Positions 27,666 to 42,338 of a DNA stretch of 64,000 nt are shown here, piece after piece. A model generated the notes under the pieces. The model made no database searches and was not told where the DNA came from. It worked only from the letters and a program-made list of their open reading frames with translations. Source of the stretch: Utricularia gibba (Eukaryota; Plantae; Magnoliophyta). The stretch covers positions 2,356,001 through 2,420,000 of the forward strand of contig NEEC01000018.1 of NCBI GenBank assembly GCA_002189035.1, read 5' to 3'. The translations under genes were made by a program, and so were the position numbers. Positions within the stretch are counted from its first letter, which is position 1. Each line of letters starts with the position of its first letter.

Positions 27666-29339
27666 ATGGTGAATCGATTCTGGAAAAAATTGGTCAAGAG
27701 TGAAGGGAATGGAGGGTCAGTGAAGGCAAGTAAAACAGCCGAGGACTCGAATGGGATTGTTGATGGGCTGTTGTGGCATAAGGACCTTGGACTTCATTCT
27801 AATGGGGAGTTTTCGATGGCTGTGATTCAAGCAACAGGTTTTCTGGAGGATCAAAGCCAGTTAGAGTGTGGACCTTTGAGTTCTCATGTTTCAGGTCCAT
27901 ACGGTACTTTTGTTGGAGTTTATGATGGACATGGAGGACCGGATGCTTCTAGATTCGTGCGTGACACATTGTTTTCCAATCTAAAGAGTACGCTTCTTAT
28001 CTTTTGTGCTACGTGACTATGGGACATTCACTTCGAAGTGCATTTTTTGACAGTCACTCGTATCTCATAGGAAAGTATCCCATGACCTGTATCTGGAATC
28101 TTAGATCTCAATCCCAAGTTTTTTTTTTTTTTTTTTATGTGTTAAATGTATGAAATGTCAAGTGACAGAAGGCAAGAGGCACTGTTTTGATTGCTGTCCA
28201 GTCAATGAAACACCACTTGTTAGTGGATTTTTTTCATCATGAACTTTTCATGTTACCATGTTTCCATGGAGTGAGATGCTATCAGAGATGTGTGACTTCA
28301 TTTTAAATCTTAACAACAACCTTGTTTATGATCTTGTTCTTATGCAGAATTCGCTTCAGTGGGCAAAGAGATGTCAGAAAACGTGATCAAATCAGCATTC
28401 TTGGAAACGGAAAGCGAGTTTCTGTCTCTTGTGAGGCAGCAATGGCTGTGTAGGCCACAGATGGCTTCTGTGGGAACATGCTGTTTGGTTGGGGTCATAT
28501 GCAATGGACTTCTGTATATCGCCAATGCAGGCGACTCGAGAGTGGTCGCCGGCCGGGGAATAAGACCGGCAGAGGGGTTACCGCAGTTCAGCTTTCCGAG
28601 GAACATAATGCCAACATTGAATCAGTTAGGAATGAGCTCCTACGCTTGAACCCCAATGACCCGCAAATTGTTGCTCAAAAGCACGAAGTATGGCGTGTAA
28701 AGGGCATCATACAGGTACGTAGTCCAGTCCATTTCACAAGCTTCTGCCCCAGTTTTGTGCAGCTGCATCCGTTCTAGTTTTGCTAAAACGCGAACTCTCT
28801 CTCCATTGTTTCATAAGGTTACAAGATCCATCGGGGATGCGTATCTCAAGAACTGGGAGTTCAACAGGGAGCCTCTACTGCCTAAATTCAGGCTGCCGGA
28901 GCCCTTCAGCGACCCGATACTCAGCCCAGAGCCATCCGTCCTGGTGCAGAAGCTCAACCCAAACGACCAGTTTCTCATATTCGCTTCAGATGGTTTGTGG
29001 GAACATCTCAGCAACCAGGAAGCTGTCGACATCGTCAAGAAAAATACCCGCCAGGTATGTCGGAATGCCATTTATATCAACCACATAAACTCTGGAGGTT
29101 CTGACCGCAGCGCTGCTGTCGCGCAGGGCATTGCAAGAAAACTAGTCGAAGCTGCCCTCTGCATTGCCGCGAAGAAGCGTGAGATATTGTACTCTGACCT
29201 GAAGGATATCGGACCCGGAGTAAGGAGATACTTCCATGACGATATCACGGTGGTGGTGGTGTTTCTGGATCATTCTTCGAGTACGAGTTCCTGTCCCAGA
29301 GTCTCGTTAAGAGGCGGCGGCGCTCTGAGTGGGTCTTGA
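27666..29339 (+). CDS. PP2C-D: Clade D protein phosphatase 2C with internal frameshift
   Basis: [95 protein letters not shown]. Four exons; the frame changes inside exon 2 at about 28546-28582. Confidence 0.92.
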
Positions 29340-30365
29340 CTCACGGGGATTCTATGTAAATGTGCAGCAGAGGTTTAATTGTCACAGTGCTTGTGTACTT
29401 GAAAAATATGGATAGGCGGACGAGAGGAATTCAAGTAAATGCAATAATTACAGACTTCTTGAAGCCCCAGAGTCGAGTCTATAACAGCAAATACGAGGAG
29501 CACAATTTGCAGGAGGTTGGTTCTATGTGATCTAGAGGGTGGCAGGGTGATACAATCTCTGCAGCGCAGACTCACAGTACTAAGGTTTCCCCTGGTGAGA
29601 TCGTAAGCAAACAGCAACTCCATGCGTAAAAGTGAAGAACAGTAAAGCACTAGAGACTTGCAACAAACTTTCCCGAGAAAAGAAAGAAAATTTGAGAAAA
29701 CCAGATACCCTTTTCAAAAGATTTTAGTGAGAAGATTGCCCATTAAGTGGTTGAAACGAAAACAAAGTGACAAATGGAGTGCGTAGAAAAGATCCAACGA
29801 TGAAGAACTTATGACTCGTTACACAGAGATGACTACATTAAAGCAGTGAATTTTCATGATCCTATCTCAGAGATGCAGCAGGCCTAGCTTTCTATGACAC
29901 ACGGCATGAATTCATTATGCATTAGAAAATTCAAACTGAATCCCATGCGCGAAAAAAAAAAATCTACAATAAACACCACGATAACTGGCAGTTGGAAAGT
30001 CACGACTCACTTAGGAACCCAGATAGTCATCCAATCGTCTTAATGATACTCACTAGACTCTATCCTAGGCATCCAGCACACATGATGTCGTAGTAAGGAC
30101 AGGAGGCACGCCTACTAAAATATGTCATATTTGTCCTAAATCTCACCAGGGGAAAAGTTCACAAAATGAAAGATAACAAAGGGGAAGATCGTCTTAATAC
30201 CAGTGACTCAATCAAGCCAAATGACAGTGCGCAAAACCTGTGGACAACAAGAAGGTCATTAAACCATGTTCACAGAATCGAGGAAGCAAAACAGTACCCC
30301 AATTCACTTGAAGTTGTATTGAAAAAAAAGGCATTACCAACTTCTAGTTGTGGAAATATGGCTAT

Positions 30366-31417
30366 TCATGCTCCCCCCAAATCCCTTTCTGGAACCTCCG
30401 TCTTCTGAAATACATCAAGAATAACTGGATAAGACTTGGAATTATAGCTAACACCAATTCACACAGCTGGATGTGCAAAAATTTACCGCTTTAATGTTCT
30501 CTTTACCATTCTCCTTGGAATCAGGCTTCGAAAACCTGCAGGGCAGCATTAAGTAGCTAAATAAGAGATGCATAATCCTTCATGAACTTAAAATTCAGAT
30601 AACATATAAGTGCAAAATAACCTTAGTGCTCTAGCTTTCTTTTTATCTTCTTCTGCAGTATCAGCAGGAGCAGATGGCCGAAACCTCTCAAGCCTAGCCT
30701 TCTTCTTTGCTTCTTCATCAACAGAAGTAGCTGGCAAAGTCCCAAACCTAGGGAACATCCAAAAAGACGTCATGAAAAACAACCCAAAAAGGGCATGGTT
30801 ACAAAATCATACCGCTCTGCTCTAGCCTTCCTTTTCGATGCCTCGGACTGATTCAAGGTATTTGATGCACCAACAGTAGAGCCAGTGCCAAACCTTCAGT
30901 AATAGGGGACCAAATATTGCATAAAAATCAAATTTTCTTAAATCAAACTCAAACCCTATCCTATATGGGATGCTTAAATCCAGGAAATAAGCCATAACTA
31001 GTTCATATTGTACATTCCGAAGAACCTTAAACATTTTTTTTCATAAAGTACAAGAATCTTGAAGAATGATTTATGCCAAAATCGAGAAATCGTACTGCAG
31101 AATACATATAGCAAAAAAAAAAAAAATTAAAGAGGGTACCTCTCGGCCCGCGAGTTGCGTTTCTCCTCTTCGGAAAAATTTATCGGCATACCAAATCGCT
31201 CCGCTCGCTTCATCCTCTTCTGAATATCCGTCACCGCTCCGCTTTCAACAACATCGGTGGTATTTTCCGCCACCGCACTAGGGTTACCCTTCGACTCTTC
31301 CCCGCCTCCCCCTGAAGACACATGCGGCTGAGCCGAGGTGGCCTTTTCCGTCGCAGGAGGCATAGCATTGAGATCGGTAAGGGTTCTCGGTTTGGCTAAG
31401 TTGGTTACAGCCGCCAT
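30366..31417 (-). CDS. MOS11: MODIFIER OF SNC1 11 (CIP29/THO1-like mRNA export factor)
   Basis: Five exons with repeated R/KAERFG units: [67 protein letters not shown]; stop at 30366-30368. Confidence 0.9.
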
Positions 31418-32172
31418 AACTATCGCCGGCGAAAAACTCCCAAAAACACAGTCACCGAAATTCCGCGACACGGCGTAAGGAAGAGGATTTGGATCAAGTG
31501 GACTGTGATTCATACACGAAATTCGATACATTGGCCCAAGAAGGTGTTGGTCTGGGCTCACGCCATTCCTTCAGTACAATCTTGAGGCCCAGTAAGTAGG
31601 AAGGGACGAGCCCGTTTCAACGTGTTGGGATGCCAATGCCATGGACATATTCTCAAGCCCGCCCCTTCCCGAGAGTGAATACTAATTCACAGCCTCCGGT
31701 GCAGAAAACATCTTTCGGATGTAGAAACGCAGTTTCGGATACAAACGTCTTCCTGAATTTTCCAGCAGCAGCAATGCATCGGAAATTTTGCATTTCCCTT
31801 TTTCTCCGAAACAAAATATTTTTAATAATTTCCCGAAATTTGATCCAAATTTTGATTTCTGAATCAAATTCAAAGTTCAAAATTTTTTCCGGGTTTGGAA
31901 CATGGATCCAAAAAGAACCACCGGGAAAAAGATTCACACGCATCCCCAACACTGGGGAGCAAAGAATGTGAAAGGTGCTGGCAGAATCGGCACAGTGAGG
32001 TTGATTTTCATACTGAGACAAACCTATTCAGCCCTGTATGACGATGAGCAACAGCAGAGAAGCATCCTCAAATGAATGGCCTACTTTGCTATATAATTAG
32101 CTACTTCTGTCGGGCAAAATATGCAGCTTTTGCAAGAACTTAGAGCTTCAGGTAAATATGCTGTATAAGAAA

Positions 32173-33727
32173 CTATGCTGTGGCAGATCGTTTCTCATCG
32201 TTGTCGTTGTTGTCGAGGTGTAGAGCTTCCAGCAGCTTTGGCCAGGACTCTGGTATGCCCCCAGGCAAATGAAATTCCAGCAACTTACCTTGGAGCCGGT
32301 AATAATCTTCCACAGGCTTACTCTGAAAAGGCAGTAAAGAAGAGAAGTCAGATGCTACTAAGAAAATATAAACGACTTTTGGAGTTCACATGCACACCTT
32401 TTCGCAGTAAATGCTTAGTCTTTTTTTAATGACAGCTTCAGTGTCATCGGAGCGAGTTGTGAGCTTTGAAGCACATTGCGGAGGAGGGAGGAGCGGAGCC
32501 ATGGTAATGCTAGGATTCCCATTTTCAGCCTTGATATCAATTGATGCTAAATTGAAGTTCTTCCCACATTCACTGCAAATCCTTCTTCCCAGACATTTCT
32601 CAATTAACACCCTATCCGGAAGCCTAAGATTTACCACAAGATCGATATCAGTCACTTCATCCAGTATTTCCTGCAAAAAGGCAAACACCCTCAGGGTAAC
32701 GGTTGCCAGAAAAAACTTTCATCAAATACAGATTAGGAGGGCATGAGTACGTCTAAGTTCTTGCACAAAATAAACCCTCTTTATCGAGAAGGAACTAAAC
32801 CAATATCACCTACACACAAGACATACTCGCAAACGGTAGCCAGGAAGCATGGATCATAAAACGTGAAAAGTAGCCAAGGAAAACGGCGTTCTGTCTTGAA
32901 AGTATCTTAAGAACTATTGGATCTCATCACAGCCACTACTCTGAATCGTTCACTTACAGCCTGTTTCACAGTCCGGGGAAATCCATCAAGAATGAATCCA
33001 GATTCACCTTTAGCTTCTCCTGACTCAAGCCTCTTCGAAAGCAAATTAAATATTATCTCATCAGACACCAATTTACCCTGATTAACAATCTCTGCAAGCT
33101 ATAAAAGCATCAAACGGTCAGAAAATCCTGAAGGATGAAAAAAAACAATGACTTTCTTTTTTTTTTAACTCGAGACATGCATAAAAGAAGCATTGAAAAC
33201 CAGGCCGATGCGCGAACAGAAAAATGACCATTTAATCCCAAATAAGGGGAGCAAAACCAACCGTAGAATTGAACAAAACTGAAAACCATAATCCTGTACT
33301 TTTTAAGTTCGCAAATTCGAACATGCCATGTGTGGAAAATAATCGAGCTCTCCAAAGACTACGTAGAATCAAGAAATTCACACCAAGACATGAAAATTGA
33401 GGCAAAAGGCTCCAAATTTATGACTCAATGCTGTAAATTCGAACTTCACACATTTCAAACGTCACCTACATCTTTCGCCATGGGACCAGAAGACGAAAGC
33501 TCCTCACGAACGAGATCGCCGGTGGCGATATGCGGGACGCCGATTAGAGCCGATAATCTACTTGCGTAGGTTCCTTTTCCAACTCCAGGGCTTCCGAGAA
33601 ACACCCAGTGAACGTTCCTGTTCACCGGATCCACGCCGCCGGAGCGACGCATGGGAGCATATAACTCGGTACACATAGACCTCCCAATCGCAGACGCGGA
33701 TCGGAATAGGCGCGCAGCAGCCGCCAT
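32173..33727 (-). CDS. ADK: Organelle-type adenylate kinase
   Basis: Four exons. Transit-like N-terminus [10 protein letters not shown]; P-loop [15 protein letters not shown]; [10 protein letters not shown]; [12 protein letters not shown]; [13 protein letters not shown]; [14 protein letters not shown]. Confidence 0.93.
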
Positions 33728-35205
33728 GGATGTCGTTTATCGGGAATTTAGAACCCCGCCGCAGCTCAAAGAACGAGTCAGAAATGCCTCGGGCTTTCTT
33801 GGGTGACTTTCCGTCCACGACGTATATAATATATAGTTGGACGGACTAGGGAATCTTTACAAAGAATCGAGATTGGATCCGGATCCGATTTACGGGTTGT
33901 GCATTTTTCGGCATACGTTTATACTATAAAACTCTTGTTTAATTTAATGAATTTCAATTTTAAAATATCTAATATTTTAAGGGAGGTTTCTCCTCCTCCT
34001 CCTCCTCCTCCTTCAAGGGAGCAAGAAGCGGGCCCGGACACTTTCAAGACAACATGAAAAGGTCCAGTCTAATCAGGGTAAAAGGGTGCAGTCACCCACA
34101 TTTTCTTCAATGTAGTAAAAGGGTAAAAGGTCCAGAAGAAGTGGAGGAGCCCTAGCTCAGTCGGTCAACAAGCTCCTGGGCCGATTAAAGTTTAATAGGC
34201 CCAATGCAGTAGTAGTTTACATTACTCCAGCCCAGAAAAAACAACCCAATACGACGCTCAAGGATCCAACTTGTTCTTTCTCTTAATAGCCAGCCCAATG
34301 ACACTTTTTAATTTTTTTCTTCAAGATTGATTTTTTAATTTTTCAAAATAATTATCTAGTAATTTGTGTTGAAAATAAATCCAATCATTTCTATTTTATT
34401 GTTTTTGATTTAGTGAAATTATGATGTGCTGGTGTACATATAAAACCCCACCATTGGCGGTTTCAAAGATGAACCCAGATTCCACGCAGCCCAAGATGGG
34501 AGCCTCGTGGCATCGTGGCCTTACACGTGTCCAATTTCACTTATTACTCCGTTTCTGATTTTTTCCGAAAGTATAAGAAGGAATGCCATCGGTTTACGTC
34601 TTAGATACTCCATCATCGTCTCCTTCTCAACCTGAGAATTTCTTGCCGTATATGCGCCAACTTCTCAACCAGCATAACGTGTTCAAATAACCCCAAGAAC
34701 CCTAAAATTCTTGTCACTCAGGCATGATACATAATTCCCCAATCTAAAGGTGAAAACAGGACAAAAAAGATTTGTTTTTCCCTTTCTAGGGGTTTTTTTG
34801 TGCAATAGATGTCTGGCTTTGCTGCTTTCCGTTTTAATCGTTTGTGGTGTGTTCAGTTCTACTGCATTTTTTCCTGCTTGGTTTTTTCAAGTTCACTTCG
34901 TTTATGTTCAAACTTTTTTCCTAAGGTGATCGTTTTCCCCACCTTGGAGATGCAGTTCTTTTTTCTTCTTTTACTCCGATCAGGATTGAGTATGCATTTC
35001 TTGGATTTTGGTCCACTTTGTTTTCGTGTTATTTAGTTCAAATTATTTTGAGTATGTTTGTTTCTGATAATGGTTGATGGATGGCTATTGTCGATGTTCT
35101 AAAATATGCTTTTTTTCTTCGTTATTTTAATGTGATTCAGTTGTTTGAAATCAAGGTGTTCGTCATAGATTTTTCGCCTTATTCCTCTGCAGCTTAGTTT
35201 CTGAA

Positions 35206-38200
35206 ATGGCTAATCGGGGACAAAAAAGAACCGAAGCTGTGGATGCATTGCCTGCTGATAAACGTGCATGCAGCTCCCTTGAATTTCGTCCTAGTTCTTC
35301 CAACTCTTCAAACCAAACGACATTGAGTTCTGTACCTGAAGCACAGGATGCAGATATGGAGACATCGTCATACACTTCAACATCAACTCCATGGGGCGGT
35401 GATGGAGATAAAGACTCTTCAACTCGTGGCTCATGTGACTCTTCAAATAGCAACCATGATTCCTATAACACACATCATTCACCTGGTGAGCAAAGCAGGA
35501 TAAAGAAGCTGCTGTCAAGTTTACGTGAGGAAGTAGAAGAATCAGGGCAGCTAGCTCGACTAACTGAGCTATGTGAATCCTTGTCTTTTTGTCATGATGA
35601 TTCCTTATCGAGCTCAATGATAGACTCTCTTTCTCCACTGCTTGTCTCATTTGCAAGGCATGAGAGCAATGATGAAATAATGCTCTTAGCACTCAGATCT
35701 ATAAATTATATGTGCGACGTTAATCCAAGATCCACAAGCTTTCTTGTGCGACATGATGCTGTTCCTGCCCTTTGTCAAAGACTCATCACTATTGAATATT
35801 TGGATGTGGCAGAGCAAGTATGCTTGTAATTTTTATATAGACGTTGGCTGTCCTTACTGCTTTATTTTTATTGAGTTTTGTTATGCAGAATTATAATATT
35901 TGCTTGTTCCCAATACAGTGTTTGCAAGCACTTGAGAAAATATCAAATGAGCATCCTCTTGCTTGTTTGCAATCTGGTGTGATTATGGCTGTTTTAACTT
36001 ATATTGACTTCTTCTCAACAAGCACACAGGTATTTGTGCTGTGATATATGTGTATACTGAGCAGCTGTGTTTTCGCTTAGACATGCTCTTCATTTTTCTG
36101 ACTGTCTTTTTTTCTGAACCACAGCGGATTGCACTTTCTACTCTAGTCAATATTTGCAAGAAACTGTCTCCTGAATCCCTATCCCATTTCATGGAGGCCG
36201 TTCCAATTTTGTGTAATCTTTTACAGTACGAGGATGGAGAGGTAAAGCAAGCCAAGCCAATCTGTAGTCATAATAATAACTATGCAAATGATGTTAATTG
36301 GTGTTATATTATGTGCATTGTCTGTCGATACTGATTGTGAAGGCTTCCTTCAGTTTTGCTGTGTCCTATTCACGCTATCTTACTATATCTCGTTTTTCTC
36401 TGCCATGTAGCTGGTTGAGAGTGTGGCCATATGCTTGAATAAGATAGTGGAGCAAGCTCTTTCTCATTCTGATTTGCTGGATGAAATGTGTAAACATGGG
36501 CTCATCGAACATGCAATTAATCTGATAGGTTTTGACAAAACTGGTCTTTCTTCGAAAACATTGATAGTGAGCCATCATTGTTACCCTAGTTTTTTCCACA
36601 ATTTACATGATTTAAAAGTTATCCCAATTTACTTGAGGTTGGCTGTAAATTGTTGGCAGAGCTTGGTCGAATTACTTGCCAAGTTGGCTGCAGGATCAAG
36701 TGCTGCTTTCAGGACACTTCTTCAGCTCAATATAAGCAGCACAATTAAGAACATGCTTTTCAACCCTAGCCCTTCTCATGGAGCACCGTCTGCCCTTCCT
36801 TTAAATGGTCACAAAAGTCGGGTAAGTTATTTGTTTTCAATTTTTTCCACCTCAAGCAACCGTAGTCTGATAAATTAGCCATGCTGTAGCGTTGAAGGCC
36901 TTGCATATTGACCTGTAATTAGGTAATCAGGGGATTGTGTATGTCATTGCCCCTAACTTGAACATTGATACTTTCTTTTTTCTTACCTCATCTGGAAAGG
37001 GGAAAGAAAACCACCGGAAGCATGTTCCTTCTATTATTATGTAAAGTTGATGCCTCCATTTGATGTTGTCTTTCAGATGCATCAAGTTCTAAGATTGCTG
37101 AATGCGCTTCTTCCTGCAATTACTACTGAACAAGATGCTGGGAGGAAATCAGAAGAAGAAGTCTTTCTTTTGGAAAATCCTGAAGTTATAAATAAGCTTG
37201 GAACTGATATACTTCCTGCTTTAATTCAGGTTGCATATTTTATGGCTAGCTTGAACTTTTTAATAATTTCAAACTTCACCCCGATCTTTTACTCATTTTC
37301 AATAAAAGCAGGTTGTGAATTCTGGTGTAAATATGTTTATATGTTACGGATGTCTATCGGTTATCAATAAATTTATTCATTTCAGCACATCTGAGGCACT
37401 TTCTAGCTTGCTACAGAGTGCTGATTTCCCAAGGTGAAAAGAATGATGCTTTATTTAACTTTTTTGCCTTGATTTTAAGCCTAACTTAATGTTGTTGAAA
37501 ATGTGCTATAATATCAGTTTTCTGGCGGGGGTTTTTACAAGAAAGGATCTTCACGTGATATTATTGGGCCTTCATATTGTCGACACTACAATGTCCAAGC
37601 TTTCCCATGTTTACATGGGTCCCTTTGTCAAAGAAGGTGTAGTCTTTGCTATAAATGCATTGGTTTCTACTGATGAAGAACGCTCTCCACTTTCTGTTGG
37701 TATTAAAATGGAAGGTTATCCATTACCTGGACATACTCACCAAGGTAAGCTTAGATGTCCATGCTTTGAATTTGAAGCCCGACGGACTTTGAAGTCCCAG
37801 GAAATGATGACCTGTACCATCCAGAAAGAAAAAGTTCAGGATCTCGGAAGGCACATACTATCTGCTTACTTTGAAGCAGAGCCGTTCAACCCTGAGAAAG
37901 GAGGGACTGATGTCCTTCGAAAACTCCGGAATTTATCTGATTCATTAATTGTCGAGGTGAATAAATCAGTGGAAGCAGGAGTGAGTGATCAACAAGAAGA
38001 TGAAGCATATTTTCTGGTACAACAAATTATCTCAGAGTTAAACAAAAAAGATAGTGTCTCTACTTTTGAATTCATACAAAGTAGAGTTGTGGAAGCACTT
38101 GCATTTTACCTGTTAAGTGGCAGGTATCCTTCAGGAATGGGGAGTATGGATGATGCAAACCTTGTATACATTTTGGATAAGAAGTTTGAGGCATTTGGGA

Positions 38201-41200
38201 GGTTGCTTTTGTCTTCTTCAGACAGCATGGCACCAGAAGACCTTCCACTTCTAAAACTAATAAGAAGATTGCAAAGTGCTTTATTGTTTGTTGAAGATTT
38301 CCCTGTTGTCACAATCAATATTCCTAAGCACAAGAACTCATACGCTCTTGTGCCTTATGGATGTTGCAATACATACCCATCATTAAGAGTTCGTTTTGTC
38401 AGGGAAGAATCGGATGTCTCTCTAAGTAAATATGCAGAAGATATTGTGACTGTTGACCCCTTCGTGCCAGTGGATGAAATTGAAGGATATTTGTGGAAGA
38501 GAGTGAGTAATGATGAAGCAAACAATATGACTTCTGTTTCAAAGGTTCCTGTGGTAAGAAATAGCTCGGGTGGTGATTCACAGATCAATTCAAGTACCCC
38601 AGAACACAGGAATGCAGATTCATCTGCCAAAATGCTAGTTGAGGATCTTTCTCTACAGGTTTTACTAGCAGAAGAGTCAGTCATATAAGACATATGTCTA
38701 ACCTCCATATTTTTTTTCACATATTTTACATCCCTTCATGCCTAATGCTTTTTGTTGGTTTACATTTCACAGAAAGAGATTCTGGACCTGCCATCTCAAT
38801 CATCCGGCTTATCCAGTTCTGAACATAAAAGTGCAGATCCTGCAGATGCAAGAACTGTTGATGTGGTATGTTCTTTCCTGCAATTTGATGCCTTTTGGAA
38901 TTCCTTTTAATCTTCCATATTTTAATATTGAGCTTAAAAAAAACGAAATTTACGTTTTTGTTTTATTATGTTAGGACCATCTTGACCAAGAATTCAGCAC
39001 TGTTCAAACTGATGATAGGGTAGAAGTGGATTCTCCGGAATTCATTAATGTTGATGATACACCTGAAAAGTTACTGCTATATTTAGAGGGGAAGAAAATA
39101 GATGGTAAATTGTCACTTTATCAGTCTATCATCAAGCATGAAAACGAGACAGGACAGAACAGTGTTCAAAGTTCGCACTTGTGGATGCGTGAGTACAATC
39201 TTGTATACAGAAGAGGGAAGGTGACCAAAGAAAGACTTTCCAAACATGACTACGATGCAGTAACCTCCTTTTCTTCCTCTAGAGCAACTTCAATTGTCAA
39301 GGATACCCTGCTTTTCTCAAGGATGTTTCTCTCTAGAAGCAAATTTGGGAATTTGGGTTCAGCTTGTGACATTTTATTTCTTCTGAAGATTTTGGAAGGA
39401 GTACACAGATACGGATTTCATGTGATGTTATGTGAGGGTGCACGTGCATTTTCTGGAGGAAGAATGAATGACGTGAATAATGCACAGTATAATATGGTAT
39501 TCGAGAATGAGTTTGTCAACAAAAAATTAACAGAAAAACTAGAACAGTTGGTATGCGATCCAATGGCAGTCTCTGTGGGAGCTATGCCTGCATGGTGCAC
39601 TGAATTAATTACTTGGTTTCCTTTCTTATTTGGTTTCAAAGCAAGGTGCAAATATTTCTACCTTTCAGCACTACATCGCTCGCCTAATTCTGTGAGCTTA
39701 TTTTCTAGTCGACATCTTGGAGGCTTAGATGTCAGTCAGCAAAGTTACCGGAATATTACCAAGAAGAAGTTTGTGGTTCATCGTGACAGGGTTCTGGAGT
39801 CGACTGTAAGAATGATGGAATTATATGTCCATCACAAAGTTCCTCTTGAGGTGGAGTTTAATGAGGAGGTAGGCACTGGGCTCGGCCCTATGTTGGAGTT
39901 TTACACTTTAGTTTGCCAGGAGTTTCAAAAAGTTGGGTTGTATATGTGGAGAGGTGATACACTGCCGCATCAATGCTCAACTGTTGATCAAGCACAGAAC
40001 TCCGGATCTTGGCCACCTCCATTTGGTCTTTTTCCTCGCCCTTGGTCACCATTGCTGAGCACATCAAGTAGCAACATGTTCTCAGAAGCTGTTGATAAGT
40101 TCAGGCTTCTTGGACAGATGGTGGCTAAAGCCATTGAAGACGAGCGAGTCCTAGATTTTCCATTCTCCAAGCCTTTCTATAAATGTGTTATTGGAAAGGT
40201 ATGCTTTATTTTCTTGTGGGTGGGAGGGGCTATTTTTTTTTCATAATTTTGATATGTTGATTGTCACCCTGTAGGAATTAAATGTGCATGACATCCTTTC
40301 ATTTGATCCTGCATTGGGCAAGGTTCTTCTAGACCTCCTTGATGTTGTTAGATTGAATAGATATTCCAAGGTTGTTGGGGATGAAAAAGAAAAAAATGCA
40401 GACGTGGGCTCTTTGCTCACAAAAATTGAAGATCTTTACCTTGATTTCAGTCTTCCTGGATATCCTGATTATCAGTTTGTCGAGGAATCAGAATCAAATA
40501 TGGTCAGTCAGTTCAGCATTCATCCCCTCTTTTTCTATTTTTTAATATATATTTGATAGAAGCAGCAGCCTCATCTGGTCGATCGGGTTTCAGGTAAACC
40601 TTGATAACTTGGAGAAATACATATCTCTGGTGATCGATGCCACAATCAAATCTGGAATAGCTCGACAGGTTGAGGCATTCAAGGCAGGCTTTAATCAGGT
40701 AAGTTCTGGATTATGCTTTGTGGAACCTTTCAGCCTTTATCTAAACGTATAAATCCCTTCCTTCTCCATGTGCTCTGTTCTCCCGTACATCATTTATTAT
40801 GGTGCTCATTTTAATGTTTTTAGGTCTTCAACATAAGGCACCTTAAAGTTTTCAGGGAGGAAGAATTGGAGCATTTGCTATGTGGAGAACATGTGCAATG
40901 GAATGTGAGTAATCGCACTATAGTTGTTAATTAGCTCGTGCCGTATGGTTCACATATTACGCGCTTGACATTTAAGTGTTTTTTTTCATTGATACTTCGT
41001 CTGCGCACGCTCCCTTCCCGGTGAATAGCCTTAAACTGGGTAAAACAGTGGTACCTTAACTTCTATCATGACATAACCTTGATTGCAGTCGGACAGCCTC
41101 TTGGATCACATCAAATTTGACCACGGGTACACTATCAACAGCCCTCCAGTTGTAATGGTCTGTGGATTTGTTTTGATTTTTCTTCATTTCAACCCTATGC

Positions 41201-41671
41201 CATTCAACATTTCGAGTGATGGCTGTATCCCTTTCATGACCAGTTACTCGAGATCTTGCGGGAGTTCAATTCACAACAGCAAAGGGCATTCTTGCAGTTT
41301 ATTACCGGTGCAACTCGGCTTCCTACCGGAGGACTAGCCTCCCTCAATCCCAAGCTGACCATTGTTCGGAAGGTACCCTCTTCTCTTCTATGCGTTTCTT
41401 CAACGCCCCTATTGTGATAGAAGAAACACATTGAAGGACCCCTTTTTTGAACAGCATTGCAGCAAGGGAACAGACGCTGAGCTCCCAAGTGTGATGACCT
41501 GTGCAAATTACGTGAAGCTTCCTCCTTACTCCTCCAAGGTGGGCGTCAACTAACTGCATGCACTCTGAACATGACTTCACATTCATCCGTGTGGTTGTCT
41601 TGCAGGATATCATGAAGGAGAAGCTCCTGTACGCGATCACGGAGGGGCAGGGATCATTCCATCTTTCCTAG
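35206..41671 (+). CDS. UPL4: HECT E3 ubiquitin-protein ligase UPL4 (TRIP12/UFD4-like)
   Basis: About 16 GT-AG exons. [10 protein letters not shown]...[16 protein letters not shown] region, [20 protein letters not shown], catalytic [20 protein letters not shown]-terminus EGQGSFHLS*. Confidence 0.96.
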
Positions 41672-42338
41672 AAGCGCAGATGATGCTGATCCCTCTGGTA
41701 CATATACATGTGAATATAGATGTTTGGTTCGTGTCTGGATGTTGGGGATGCACATACAAAAGGTGGTCTCAGTGGAGGTCTGAGATGCAAATACAAGGAG
41801 TCTGGTGTGTTGCATTTCTTGATGTACATATTTATATGTTTTACCACATCGTCTCTGTGCAGTGATGTTTCTTTGTCTTACTGTTCTTCAATAATACAAA
41901 GTGCAAGTACGTTGCGCTTTCTTCATTTCCCGGATTTAATTCGATTCATTAAAAAAACGTAACTGAAAAATACAAGGGCTTGAAAGAAAGGGATTGGTGT
42001 CCATGGGCCTCGGCCCATTTAGGATGATGAAAACTGAATGGGTCTGCGTCCGGCCTATATGTAGAGGGACAACTTGTTTCGTAGAGCAGGTTCTCCTTTC
42101 GTCCGCCGTCGCGCCTACGTTCTACTCGAAGGGTTTGAGGAGAGGTTTTGGACGAGATTCGCAGTTCTTTTATCCTCGTATTTCCTATTGGTTTTCGTCG
42201 AACCATCCCCCAGTGATTCGTTAAGGTTTGATAGGTTATTTGATTATATACAAGATCTGGAGTTTGTTCACCTGTTTTTTCTATGATGCTGATAAGTTTT
42301 GTACGTACGTGTTTCTACCAGGCGTTTATTTGGCAGCC

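Noticed and set aside
34147-34184. tRNA-like TAGCTCAGTCGGT (A-box/D-arm) sequence
   Set aside because: No anticodon arm, T-loop GTTCRA or acceptor stem follows; at most a chance match or a tiny SINE relic.
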